DNA of 64,000 nt from the human T2T-CHM13v2.0 reference genome, Homo sapiens, in the NCBI RefSeq assembly GCF_009914755.1, contig NC_060927.1; one strand, given 5' to 3'. Positions 44,767-60,113 of this stretch are shown one piece after another. Each line of letters begins with the position of its first letter. Within the stretch, counting starts at the first letter, position 1. A program made the translations under genes and the position numbers. The notes under the pieces were generated by a model. That model was given only the letters and a program-made list of their open reading frames with translations, did not search any database and was not told the origin of the DNA.

Positions 44767-47222
44767 ACTTTACAATAATCATCTTGTATCATTTTTGCAA
44801 TAAGGATTTGTATATATAAATTAATAGAAATACTGCAGAAATATATAGAACTCCTTCTCAGGTCTGTACTGGAAGTCGTTGCTTATTCTTGTATTCCCAG
44901 TGAGAAAACCCAGAAAAGCAGATTTCTTTAACTGACTCTTTGCATGTATGGAGGCTTTATTCCCCTATCTGTGCTTTCTTATCAGGAATATTACCCTCAT
45001 TCATTTATGTATTTAATCAGCATCCATTAGTTGATTGCCAGAAATGTGCCGGAATACAAGATGACCAAGATCATCCCTCTCTGAGCCTTCGCTCTGTTGG
45101 CTGTAAAGTAGAAATGATAAAAATACTTCCTCATAATGTTGCTGTCAGTAGAAAATTACGTCAAGTGTGTACAGCACTTAACAGGGCTTGGCACATAATA
45201 AGCACTCAATAAATGGTAGCTTTAATCATCGAAAGTTGTTTTCATCAAATTTACTTTTACGATTATTGTCCACTCAGTGAGCTAAGCCTTGAAATAGACC
45301 ACCTGGGATTGTGAGCCCTCCTCGAATTGCTATCGGAGGAACACTGTGGGGACTATGAGAACCACCTCCTGCCTCTTCGCTTTGGTTTTTCTCATTATGG
45401 AAATGAGGCCAATTGGTAGGAAAGAATCATTACTCAGCAAGAATACAGTTTATGTCTTCCCAAAGAGGAAGAACCTTGAGATTGAACATAAAGCCCAACT
45501 AATATCTTTTTTTATACAGAAATATGGCAGATTCATTTCATTAGATACAGCCCAACTTTTTTTTTCTGCACCAGTCACAGTGGTTGTTCCTGGAGACTCA
45601 GAGATGGAGCAAAGTCCTATCTTGTGGAAACTTAGAGTTTAGTGCCCCATAAATATATCCAAATAATTACTACCAAAATGGATAAATTCAATGACAGAAT
45701 TCTTATCTTAGAGGAGTAAATAATTCTATTTGGGGAAATTGGAGAAGGCTTATGGATACACTGAAAAGGAAAACATACTTCTGCTCCCACAGAGTTTGGG
45801 GAAAGGAAATTTTGCAGTTGATCCCAGAAGCCTACTTATTTCACCACTGATGACCCAGATTTAAAAATAATCTGGTAGTCCAAAGCAATTTTTTGCCACT
45901 GAATATAAACTTCTTGCATAAAATACCAATTATAACAACTCTGATTACTGCTGCAGTGGTACCATGATCCTTCTAACTTTTCTTTCACAGCAATCAATTG
46001 ATCTGCTGCTTAATTCATATTTATTTAGATTGCAGCCATACAGATGCTTTTTGGGTGCTGCCAGGAAAATTAATTACCTACATATAGAATATAATGTATG
46101 TAGAAATGCTTTGACAACCGTAACGTGCTCTGCAAAGAGTTAGATTATTATCATTATTTCTTTTTAAGTCTCACTACAAATAGATAAATTTTTAACATCG
46201 TTTATCTTGAAACCAGTACCATGAAAAAACTGAGTCACAGTCTGTTTTTCTTTTTTTAAATCTCTTCAGTTCTTATCCAGGTCCATTTCAAATAATATGT
46301 CATTTCATACCTTCACAAATACCATCTCCAATTTCCAGAAGATACAGAGAGATACATGGCTTATATTTTCAGCCAATTAACCTGTCATAGAAAAAAACTT
46401 GTTAGGTACCATTGATCATATTGAGAAATACTAAGAAATTAATAAGTATTAAAAGTATTTACCAGCAGCCTCAAAAACATATGCATATGCATATTTATAT
46501 GTATATGTATGTGTATGTGTGTTAGTATACACTCACCCTTTAACAGTGCTAAAATCCTTTAAAGAATAAAGAATTTGATAGCTCTTTAACTTTTAATTTT
46601 TAAGCAAAAGTTTAACACAATAAAAAATGTAGGAAATGCAGACTTGGCCATTTTTAAGTTTTGTGTAATGTATATTTAAACGCACTAACCTCTGCCCTTT
46701 TGAAAAGCTATGTATTTGAGTCTTCTTATGTCAGTTCCTAGAAGTCAAGGCAAATTTCCAAGAAAGAAGCTCTAAAAGGTGGGAACAAGGCAAAGATACC
46801 AACCTCAGACTATTTTTCTAGGACCTAAGGAGTGCATACAAAAGTCTAGAAACAAAAGTCAGAAACAAATAGGGGCTGGACAGGACTTTGTTCTCTCCTC
46901 CAGTTAGCCTATCCCAAGCACAGGGTTTGCATTCAGAATCTATCTAAAGATGAATTTCATACCGCGCACCATGCAGGAAAGAGATGCTAGATGCTCTTCA
47001 TGCCCAAGCAATTCACACGCTCACTCTCTCACCTCGCCAAATATCACAATATTTACCACCGATTGATGGAAGAACCTCCACAGTCCCTGAGTCTAACTCC
47101 CTCACCTTACGGATGAGGAAGCAGGTATACCGACTCTCAGTTTCCACCTTTTCCTTTTACCTCTGCGTCCCACCTCAGTGTCGACGCGCAGTATCTAACC
47201 AGAACTCTCTCTTCACTTTCAG

Positions 47223-47343
47223 GAAATTTGCCCCGCGGTGTTCTGTGTGCAAGGAGCCTATTATGCCAGCCCCGGGCCAGGAGGAGACTGTCCGTATTGT
47301 GGCTTTGGATCGAGATTTCCATGTTCACTGCTACCGATGCGAG
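47223..47343 (+). CDS. LPP: LPP coding exon, first half of LIM domain 3 (121 nt, phase 2 to phase 0)
   Basis: Translates (K)[40 protein letters not shown]; acceptor CTCTCTCTTCACTTTCAG, donor GTCTGG; frame joins the previous exon (AA+G = Lys). Confidence 0.97.
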
Positions 47344-48930
47344 GTCTGGTTGACAGCCCTGCCCTGCCAGTCTGTGGCAGGCGTTGAAAGGCTCGTTCGA
47401 GCTAGGTTTACATAGATGTAGCAATTACTAAATCTCAGAACGGCCTTAGTGCCTATACTCATAGGACTTGGGTTTTAGATTTGACACTAGTATTCCGAGC
47501 ACATGCTGTTGAATAAGTCACTGTACCTCTCTCAGTCTGCTTGCTCACCGGAAGAAAGGACTCAAGTCCTTAACTCCTCCAAATATGGCTGTGAGAGTGA
47601 AATACAAAATTGTATATTAAAGGACATTGTAAATTGTGAAATACTAAATTAGTGAGAAATGGTGTTATTGAACATTTAACTTTGGCTCTGAGGCTTTGGT
47701 TAGAACTTCTTGTTCAGAGTCATGGAGATTTATTTATTTGTTAGCATGCACTACTAATTGCTCAGTTTCCTGAACGCCTCTAGAGCTGCAGTATATCTGC
47801 ATGTTCTTTTCAGTAAAGCCAAACTTCCCGCAGAGTATAACCATTGCTGCTATTGTGTTCTGGATACCCCGTTAACTTAAATTTCATTCTATGTCAAATG
47901 AAGACATGAACTCCATTGACCTCCTTGCCACCATGGTAGATAGCAGAGGCGAGGTTCATAGCTGTTGTGGCCTTTGAGAGTTTATACTAAAGTTAGCAAA
48001 CACACACCTCTTGATGAAGTACTATGTATTTATTTTCCAAAGAAACTTCTATTTTCTCCAAAGACAAAGGCCAGCATTTAACTGTTATATAACACTTTTC
48101 AAAATGGACCCTAAGAGGAGCTGTCAGCGGTAGTATATTCCTTTACAGTTATGCAGTTCTTTGCATTTTTTTTTTTGATCCATTATCTTCTTTGATCCTC
48201 TTAACAGCTTGGTAAGGTAGAAAAGGCAGAAGTTATTTTCAGAGTGGCAGTCGGCCTGTGTGCATTGAGGCAGACTGTAGCAAAACTGTGGGTGGTGCTC
48301 AGGAGGCCTGTCCCCTGGACTAGCAATCTTTGCTCTCCACAATGCTGTCTCCTTTAGAAAGTACAGCAAACCACTACTCCCCACAAACTTTAGGATTTTA
48401 TTTTCTTACTGCAGTTGAAGTAAATACACCGAACCCACTGGTGGCCCTTCTGCTTGGCAGACATCAGTCTACCTTTGCTCTAGGCCAGAAATGGCCAAAA
48501 CATTCCATTCCTGTACCTGTGCATGCATTTTGAGAGATCCTTAAACTAATGGTAAAGGGTAAAAAATGCATCGGTGGTTAGGGACATTCTTATTTTCTCT
48601 TGTTGAGTGGGGGCAGCAAACTTCTACATGGGAGCCAAGATGGGTGGCCTCTTCTCTTCTTATACCTGTATTTCATATCAAGTGAGCTTAGGAGGATTAT
48701 ATTTATGTCCATTTATATTTATGTCCCCAATCTCTAATTCAATTACATTCAAGATATACTATGTTATATATTGGGAGAAAGGATACAGGGGATTAGCAGA
48801 ATGTAAAGCAGGAAGGATAGTAAGTGGCCACATTATGGAGGCCTTGAATAGAAAGCTCAATCATGATGTTCTCCACATGTGTACTTAACGTTTTTACTTA
48901 TGTCGTTTCCATCTGTCTTTACTGTTCTAG

Positions 48931-49059
48931 GATTGCGGTGGTCTCCTGTCTGAAGGAGATAACCAAGGCTGCTACCCCTTGGATGGGCACATCCTCTGCA
49001 AGACCTGCAACTCTGCCCGCATCAGGGTGTTGACCGCCAAGGCGAGCACTGACCTTTAG
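48931..49059 (+). CDS. LPP: LPP last coding exon: end of LIM3 and C-terminal PDZ-binding motif STDL
   Basis: Translates DCGGLLSEGDNQGCYPLDGHILCKTCNSARIRVLTAKASTDL*, TAG at 49057-49059; acceptor TCTGTCTTTACTGTTCTAG with branch-like CTTAAC near 48884. The ASTDL terminus matches LPP rather than zyxin or TRIP6. Confidence 0.97.
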   Translation, partial: DCGGLLSEGDNQGCYPLDGHILCKTCNSARIRVLTAKASTDL

Positions 49060-50749
49060 ATTCAGTCACCTGTTCAGCCGGCACTGAGAAGAACGAACAC
49101 AAGAAAAAGATAAGAAATACTAGAGTAAAGGCCATCAAACTACGCGATAGTCTCTGTTCTTCATCTGCTATTAACCTTGCCTTAGAAACACATAAATTAT
49201 GAGATTTTTTTTAAAAGTTGTTACCAAATACACATTTCACATTGAATCATGTAGGATCTTGATGGGCCTTTGTTCCCAAGGACTTCCACATTTTTGCACA
49301 GATTATGCTCCATCCCATTCACTTCTGCATTCCTGTAACTTTTAATCCCTATGTTTGTCTCACTTTTCATCTGGTTGAATGGCTTTTCTTAGTGTGGTAT
49401 TTGCTGTCACATAGTTTTTCCTGGGTGAGTCTGCCAACTCACAGGTGCTTTTAGGCTTGAAATCTCCATCCTATCATTTCCGTTTTGCCTGTGACTGTAA
49501 AGAGTAGCCATTCTTTTCCCATGTATTGAAGAGGATATTCTTCTCTTGCTTTATACTACTCACGTCCTTGGGGAGGGAAATGCACAATTTTTTTTTGTTA
49601 GGCTGTAAAGAATTTAAGCTGTAAATTACATAAGTTAGAACAAGCCCAAATTTAATTTGCAACCATCAGAATTCAGAATCTATAGTGACCAGTGATCAAG
49701 GCTAATTGGAAAAGAGTTATCGGCCCATAGCTAATAAGTAGTGACAGACAACCAAGCTTCAATATTTTTCTAAAGAAATTACAGGTGGGATATGCTAGAA
49801 AAGGCATTTTGGGGTTATGTTTAAAAAAACATTATTGTCCCACAATATTACCTTAAGATTTTTCTTTTCCGCACTACCTGAACATTGTAATACAGACAAA
49901 CTTGATTTCTTCTAGAAGATAACATTTTCAATACTGTCCCACTTCTCATCTTAAAAATATTGTCATGTTTATTCTAATATCCAACACAACTATCAAAATT
50001 GCCTTTTTCTCTAGAGGATGAAGGCTGTGAAAAAACCGTTCAAATTCTCTTCTTTTTCTTTTTTATTACCAGGTCCATTTTGCCTGACAATTGCAAATCA
50101 GAGCATACAAAATAAAACTGTGCAGTTTTGTTTGGTTTACTTTCAAAAGAGTAGAAAGCTTGAAAAGATTCTGAAACCACAGTTTCATTATTCTCATAAT
50201 CCTTCTGCAACTGAAATTACATATTGCAGGAGACATTTTCATATCATCAATGTGACATTTACACCACACTTTCAAAGACAATCACTGAAACAAAAATTGT
50301 CTTTATGAGCTAAAAATATGCAGAATCTCTGCCTAGAATCTTTATTCAAACTTTTATTAGCCAGTGAAACACTTGCTTGCCAACTGCCAAGCCATACTTA
50401 TTAAGTTCGAACATGTTTCACTTAAGGAGAGACACCTAGCTTAGTCATGGCAAGTTGCCATTTTGTAAACTAAGGATTTTGGACTGAGATTTCTTAAATC
50501 TTTCTTCAAATCTCCCACAAGTATATACTTTTAAATTATGGAGTATTTTAAGTCTACAAAAAGGTATAAATAATAATATAATGAATTCCTATATACCTAA
50601 TACCCAGTTTAAGACACCAAATATAACAAGTATAATTACATCCTCCAATGTACCGTTTCCTTATTCCACAGATATCTTTTTCATTATTGTGAAGTGATGT
50701 TCAGATTTCTAGTTTTTTTTCTAGTTTTTAATTTTAACATCAGAACTGA

Positions 50750-50755
50750 AATAAA
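50750..50755 (+). terminator. Candidate proximal polyadenylation signal
   Basis: AATAAA with T-rich upstream sequence and GTGTTTTG ~15 nt downstream; another AATAAA at 50111-50116. Confidence 0.35.
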
Positions 50756-52095
50756 AAATTATGGATACGTGTTTTGAATTGCAAACTATTCCTCAGGAAT
50801 TCCAATTAAATTTATTTTACTTGAATAGGAATGATCATAAAAGTGATTCTTTTTTTGTGACTAGAAATTCTTAAGCCGATGGTCACTATAGCTCATCCTT
50901 AATGTATGGCTCATTTGCTTTTGTCACTAAACGGTTTTGTGTTAGAACCACCAAAATTATAGCTTTTAAGAGCTTCCTTTGACCACTGTCTTTTTCTTAC
51001 CCTACTTCTCTTATCTTTGATCGTATATTTCTCATAATGTGAAATATGATGAGATTCACTTAGGGGCAGCATGTTAGTTTTGGGAGGCAATGTCAACTGT
51101 GTCTCTGAATTCCTGTCTTCCAAATTGAAGCCAGACCATGCTGATGACCTCAAGTAGCACTGACTATTTGACAATAGGGCTGATAATGTAATCGGCTTGA
51201 ATTTTGACTTAGTAACTTTTTATGTAATACTTTCGGAGAAATTCTCTTTAGGACAAAGCAGAGAGTCCAATTTATTGAGGGATAGATTGTATCTCTTAAA
51301 GTGGTCATATTATTATTAATTTTGCCAAAAGAAGAAGAATTTATTGAATATTTATACTATAAAATGCAGTAACATTCTACTTGCTTATTACATTTAAATC
51401 CTTGTGTAACTGAATGTTTACATGTCAAGAGGAAAAGCTGTAAGAAAATGCTGTCACAGACCCATCCCTGTGGCATCGTCAGCAGAATACTGCTTGCTTA
51501 CAATCTTTATTATGCATTCTTATAACATAACCTCAGAGTATCTTTACCAAAGGTTTTTAAAGTAAATCTCTTTTTAAGATAGACTTATTCTTTTATAATA
51601 ATGAATGTGCACTCATACATATGTAGAAACATTTAGATTTAGAGTTTTTTTTTTTCTTTCACAAGGTATAATAAGGAAAGGATCCTACAATATTTTATTC
51701 TAGGGTTTCTTAAATATATGATTTATATTACTGTCTTTTCTATTAATCATTTGATTTAAACAATGCCAAGTCACTCTTTTTTAGTTGCATGAAATTTTGC
51801 CTGCAACAGAGAGAAAAAGATTGTATTACTTTAATGATTATAATCATACTGTCTGCTGATATAATATCATAATTGTTGTGGTTTAAATACATAAATAGTA
51901 GAAAAATCAGAGTCTATAACAGAAAGTTTGTAAAAATATACTGATTTTGAAAAGTATCAGGAATATAAATATTTGGTAATTCTGTGTAACAAGAGAGACA
52001 TGGAAAAGGAAAAAAATCCACTATATCATGGGCTCTGCAGAACATATCAAAATAGGATTTCTTAAATTTTTCAACCCCCAGACCATACTGACTCA

Positions 52096-52343
<248 letters not shown>

Positions 52344-53325
52344 CGACTCAAAAATAAGTCATGTGTCCCAGCATAAGGCATCAGGTTGTTAGATGCTGGC
52401 ATCTCTGCAGCTCAAAGATGTGGGTTCTTTTTCTTGTCATTAACACATTGTTATTTCTGTAGGACCAACTTCTCTGATCAAAATTACTTTTCTGGGTATG
52501 TGCTGATTAAGGGGGTGGACTTATCAACACTATAATTGTTCCCTATGAAAGATTCCACAGAGATGTTTATGGTGAGGTTTAAAGGATATGAAACTCTACA
52601 TTTAAACAAGTATTTTATATTTGGGTACAGAGGAAGAAAGAGAGGGCTTTTTCCATGGGGCTATAGTAGAGAGTTAGTGGAATATAGACAGGACTCTGAA
52701 AACACAACTTCCAGCCATTTTTTTAGTTAGTAAAAATCCTATTAATGTGAACCAGCCAGGAATAACAGTGTTATTTCTATTGGATATGGTTTGGGCTTCT
52801 CTTGTCAAATCTGTGTCGGCTGCCCCCTGATCCTTCCATTATCAAGTTTTGAAGGGTGTTGGGGAAATTATGGCAGCTGCTAGGGAGATCAGGGAAACAC
52901 TGATGTAACCTCAAAGCCTCTCACCATTCCTCTTGGCTTGGAAAGGCTTTATTTTTTCATATACATTTCTAGAAATATTGCTATTCTACCTTAGTATTTC
53001 ACATTTGTAGTTCAAACAAGCGATTGTCCATCTGTTGCCTAGAGCTATAGTACATGTGTGTTATGAATGAAATATGACAGCATGTTCCATACCCCTGCTT
53101 TAGCCATCTGTGGGAAACCAGCAAACTGAAAAAGACACCTCTGCAAAATGTGCCTCAAGTCCATTTCTTGGGATCGCTCGTTTGGTGCACTCTCGTGGGA
53201 GACAATCAGAGAACAACATATACTTGTGCCTTATTTTCAAAGAATCTATTTACACTACTATGAATATTCCACTGAAGAGTCAATGATGTAAATGATAACC
53301 ACCAAATCTCAAAAATATACTCACC

Positions 53326-53383
53326 AAAAAGTAAAAAAGTAAAAAAAAAAAAAAAAAGAAAGAAAGAAAAGAAAGAGAGAGAA
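53326..53383. repeat. A-rich / (GAAA)n tract
   Basis: Seen directly. Confidence 0.85.
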
Positions 53384-53816
53384 GTCAACTTTTCATCTTA
53401 ATATATTCTAGTAGTATTTATTTTTTCCTTGTCTTGGAAGTATCTCATAGGTCTTTAAATGAGTAAAACATTTTTATGCCAGAAGGTGATATAATGGATG
53501 TTAGTGTTTTTTATTTGATTTTACAGTAGTTTTAGTCAGATAATGAGGACAGAGACTTCAACTTGATTCTTTACCACCATTCAGCATATTTTTTAATTGT
53601 CTTCATTGTATTTGCTTAATAGTGGTCCAGACAAGTTCAAAACTTGTTCTCAGTGAGGCATTAATATGGTGCAACCATGAATATTTCAGGCCAAGTTATT
53701 CACTTGACAGATAACTAGAATGAAACTTTTCTCATGAGGCTGTTGTTTGGTTAGCATAGCCTTATTTCAAACCTTAAAAAGTTACCTGACTGAAGCTACT
53801 ATGACTTGGTAAGGAT

Positions 53817-53901
53817 TCTTCCTCTCTTGCTTTCTTCCTCCCTTCCTTTCTTCCTCTTCCTTCCTCCTCTTCTTATTTTCTTTCCTACTTTCCATCCTAC
53901 C
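53817..53901. repeat. Polypyrimidine (CT-rich) tract
   Basis: ~85 nt almost entirely C/T. Confidence 0.85.
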
Positions 53902-54491
53902 TATTAGTGTTGCTGTACTTGGATTTTTTGTAAATTAAATCAATGCATTATGATTTTAGGGAATTATGATTATATTCATAAGGGGAAGGCTACCAGAAAA
54001 TATATGTGGCATCCATAAAATCTTCTTTTATAGGGGCATATTTTTTAGGTTGTATTTATTCGTAAAGTGAAATGAGATAATAGAGTCTTTCTGTTTCATG
54101 TTAATGAATTTTCATCAGGGACTGAGGTCATAGATTCTTGGAAAATTCATTTGTGACTGATCTAGTTTTCTCAGCTGTATGCAAAGTAATCTTTCAAAGA
54201 CTAGGTTAAGATTTTTTTTTTAAGTCTGAAGCAATGTAACCCCAAAAAATTATAATTTTAATGATGGCATTTTATTTTATTCCATTGCAGCTTGATAACT
54301 TTCCTTATAGCAAAGGAATAACTATTGTATTTTCAGAATTTTAACACAGGTTAACACTTAGCCTGTAAGACTAATAATATATTGTAATAGTTGATACTAA
54401 AATATTTTTCAGCAGGTTGGACAGCACCAGTTTTTCTTAGATCACAGACTACAGGCAGAATTTCCCTTCAATCCAGAAAAAAGGACACTAA

Positions 54492-54912
<421 letters not shown>

Positions 54913-55467
54913 GTGTTTTTTTCTTTAGCTGATTGACAGGTCCCCTTCAAAGTTACAAAAAAAAGTGCTAATTTTTGCTGTTAAATTCTGGTTGTTATTT
55001 AATTGACAGAAGTCTCTTGATGCACGAATAAATATCTCTACATCTAGCCTTTGTTAAAAATAAAAATTAATATTCTACAAACACCTACATATACTAGAGA
55101 GGGGTGAAACACTGCAGCTAATTCCTTTATAATACTTTCAGATGATTGCATTAAGCCTTTCATGTTATGTGGCATTGTTAATTTTTCCTAGATACCCATC
55201 CACTTAAGGGCCAGAGAAATCCTTATTCATTTAACTCTGGTGGGCATTTATGTAACATACCCAAATAAAAACGTTATTAAACAGCCACAATCGCATTCAG
55301 TCAACTTGGCACTGAATGTAGCTTCTAAAATCAGTTCTCTACCCTACGAATGGAATGTTCTACCAAGAAAGAGAAGCATCACCATGTCATCTTGTGTTCT
55401 ACACCACTATAGAGAGTTACAGTTGCCCCCAAACACGAATGCTATTCCCAAATAAAATAGAATCATG

Positions 55468-55720
55468 CTTTGGGAGGCCAAGGCGGGCCGATCACGAGGT
55501 CAGGAGATCGAGACCATCCTGGCTAACACGGTGAAACCCCGTCTCTACTAAAAAAAAAAAAAATACAAAAAATTAGCCTGGCTCAGTGGCGGGCGCCTGT
55601 AGTCCCAGCTACTCAGGAGGCTGAGGCAGGAGAATGGCGTGAACCCGGGAAGCGGAGCTTTCAGTGAGCCGAGATAGCGCCACTGCAGTCCGGCCTGGGC
55701 GAAAGAGCGAGACTCCGTCT

Positions 55721-55767
<47 letters not shown>
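55468..55767 (+). mobile_element. 5'-truncated AluY variant with a 46-A tail
   Basis: Y diagnostics plus GAGATAGCGCCACTGCAGTCCGGCCTGGGCGAAAG; TSD AAAATAGAATCATG / AAAATAGGATCATG. Confidence 0.95.
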
Positions 55768-55769
<2 letters not shown>

Positions 55770-57279
55770 GGATCATGGCCCTTTTAAAGATCTGAATCTT
55801 CTCTGTTATTTTCCTGATGAATCACCATCCCATATCTTCTTAGTCCTGGCCAGTATGTAGTTGCGCTCACATACGTCTATTCTAGCTCTGTAGCTCCACA
55901 AAACAAGTCTTAAGTCCAAATCTTTGCCTCTTCATGTCTGATATCACCAACTCATTCAGCTTTTCTTCACTTATTGACATAGTGTCATGTCCTATCACTC
56001 TCTGCTGCTTCTTTAAACAGTGGACACAAACATATTTTCTAATTTTCAGTGTACTCAGTGAAACTTGGCAGTTCACCATGAGTCAGGCTAGGTTGAAAGG
56101 CTTTCTTTAGGGTTGAAAGTAAACGAAATTGGAATCACCCAAAGAGAATTTCCCCAAAAAACCTCAGACCCAGAAGTGTAAAAGCTACAAAAGGATAGAA
56201 CTCCCATGTCTACAGACAGTTCTGTTACTTTTTGTTCTGTACTATTTTGGATGTTGCCAAAATCAAATTCATCCTGAAAACAGGAAGCAAGCTAATGCAT
56301 ATGCCATCCATGAGATTCCCACTTCTGGGTCAGTTCATATTCCATTCAACCTTTTCCTTTTATCCTTGTCTTCTTCAGAATAAGACATTTTTCCTCCATA
56401 TTTTCATATTAAATATTAACACTTTATAGGTTCTACTTTAATATATGGACACTTTACAGGTTATACATAAATATTTGCTGGTTGATTGATTTCGAGATTC
56501 ATTCATTCTGTGCTCAAATATTTGTACCTAGAGACGTTACATGTTAGAAAAAGTGAGCAGCTTCTTTCTCTAATCATTTAGGAGTCCATATTTTTCTTTT
56601 CTTTTTGTTCTCCCAACATCCTTATCTCTTACTCAGCTCTTCAATTTATAATTACCAAATAATCACTGTTAGAGAATCAGCCCCTAAGTAACTTTGATTC
56701 TGGCCAACTGTAATAAGATCCAACCACTTAAATCTGTACTTACTCAATAGGAAGGAATGTGACATCAGGAAGAGTCATTCCAGTGACATTAGTAAGACTT
56801 TATGGAGTACATAAAATTTGATAAGAAATCTTGAGCTGATTCTTTGACTTGATTTAGAAGTTGAGAAAAGAGTATTTAAGGCACAACAGGGAAACATGGG
56901 CTATACTCAGAGAAGACCCTCTGCATTGGCCAAAATATCATGGATTCTGGAAATTCCTTCTTAACAGAAAAAAACGGCTTCCAAATAATCAGGCTGAATG
57001 GGAAGAAAAAGGCATAGAGGAAGCCTGAGGAAGTATTTACTTGCTTTTCCCATCTCTTTATAATTGGAAGAGAAGATGATCTGCCAAAATATAACCCAGC
57101 ATGCACAGTATGGACAGGAAGCAGCCCTCCATGAACTTTATTATCACAGAATATGAGCATTCTTATTGATCCACAGCTACATCTTCTATTCTTGCAGCAA
57201 GGGTACATGTCCTTTGACCCTCCACAAAAGAACAAGCAGGACATCTCTATTTTCCTATTGAGTCTGAGTCCATTATTAG

Positions 57280-57767
<488 letters not shown>

Positions 57768-58061
57768 TGATACAGTGTTGCTTCCCCCCTCCTTTTCCTT
57801 CCATATATATTTGTTTTGTTTTGGGCATTGCATTACTTTTTTGAATTTTTAAGAATCTCTAAAATTAGTCTGAAGGATGTTCTGAGGGCCAGACATTAGA
57901 ATTTGTGAGTTTTTTTGTTGCTGGTTGTACTTTCCTATTTAGAAGACAGACCGTTCTGACAGTTGTTGTGTAGCTTCATGCCTTCCCCAGTAACTAACCC
58001 ATGAACAGTACACCCCTTTTATCTGACTTGTTGATAATGACCTTAAAAATGTTAGGAAATG

Positions 58062-58553
<492 letters not shown>

Positions 58554-60113
58554 TCATTGCTCTGGATGACTATTTAGTTTAAATAATATACCTTTGTCAT
58601 GGGGAAGACCATGATTGTGGCTTCTTCTACCCCAACTTTGAATGAGAGAGCACTGTAAGCAGAAACTGCCATCAGTCTCCTGGGCAGGACCTGGAGGTAA
58701 CTTTCTGAGCTGTAAAATAGTAATTCCTAAGAGAGCTTACAAACTGCTTCCACACAGAAAATAGCGCAGGGAGGACAGTTATTAGTACCCCTATTCTAGA
58801 AGAGAAAGCTGAGGCTCAAGCCATTAAGTGACTTGCCAAAAGCTGTGACATAGCTGGGAAGTGGCAGATTTGGGGATATAACCAGGTCTTGCAAGTCCAG
58901 TGCTGTCTCCAAGTAGCCACGCTCACAGCTGAGAACACCTTAGAGGACAATATCGACTTCTTACAGACTACCAAGCCCCCAGTCATCCAGGGAAATTCAG
59001 AGACCAATTGACTGCCAGGTGGCAAATCCACATGTGTACTGCGGTCTTTAGAGATCATTTAGAGCTTGCACACATCTGTGTCTTCTTGTGGGAAACCTCT
59101 AGGTATTCTGTCTGATCAGCACTGTGAGGAAGTTGGTGGGAAAAGGCCACTGATAAGAACAAACAATGGGCAGAAGGAAGCACATTGCAATAAATTTCCC
59201 CAGAGAGAGTTCCTTTACATTCCATTCACCAAAAACCTCTCTGGAACTGTCAGGTTCAGAATATCAACCAAGACCATATCATTTAGAATTCATTGGCATG
59301 TAGAGGTGACTCGATTCCTAAAAGAAGCCTCTCTCCCATGAACCACGATGTACGTTCCACAGAGGCAGAAACCGCCGTAGGTTAGCAATGCATTTTAGTC
59401 TTTCTCTCCATTCACATTTACTGAGAGCACACCACGTGCATGTTGCTGCAACAGGCATTTCCGATAGAGCCGATCCATGAGCTAACAATGTCTGAAAACA
59501 AATGTTATGGAACTGTTGGCATTTCTGAGATTTGGCCTTTGCCATTTGATAGACTTTGCTTCCCAGGATGCTGTCATTTTGTGATTTTTTATAATTACAA
59601 GGAATTTGGTACCATGTTGTTTTCAAAAAACCTCCTAGAAAGTCTCCATGTATGCTCTAGAAGTTGCTCTACATAACAGTTCAGCAAGCAAGTGTTCCTT
59701 CTCTTGAGCTGCGTCCCTCAGGAAGCTGTACCTTTAGGGTGTGCTTTCCACTTTTTATTTCCTCTCATTTCACTCCTTTCGTTGTTTGCTATATCCTAAA
59801 ATATGTGAAGTGAGAGAAAAAATATCATTTCTTCTCATTAAATCTCCTGCATTAAATCTAAGAATCCTTTAAAATAATCACACCTGATAAGTGTTTTATG
59901 CATTTCCCTCCCTGGAGTGTTATCATCCATCAAGCCAGTATCATCATCCACCTGCTTATTCCTTGGGACTAATGAGAGCCAAGTTAAATAGCAAATGACT
60001 TCTCACCCCTTCCTAGTCCTCATGCCTGAGGAATAAGGGCGACATTAATGGGAGCGGGAGAGTGGTGGCTTTGGTTGAGATGCACGTTCACAGACTAGAA
60101 AAGTGCCTCACCT

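Noticed and set aside
46984-47415. 143-aa ORF as a standalone gene
   Set aside because: Only 47223-47343 is LPP coding sequence; the flanks are open intronic frame.
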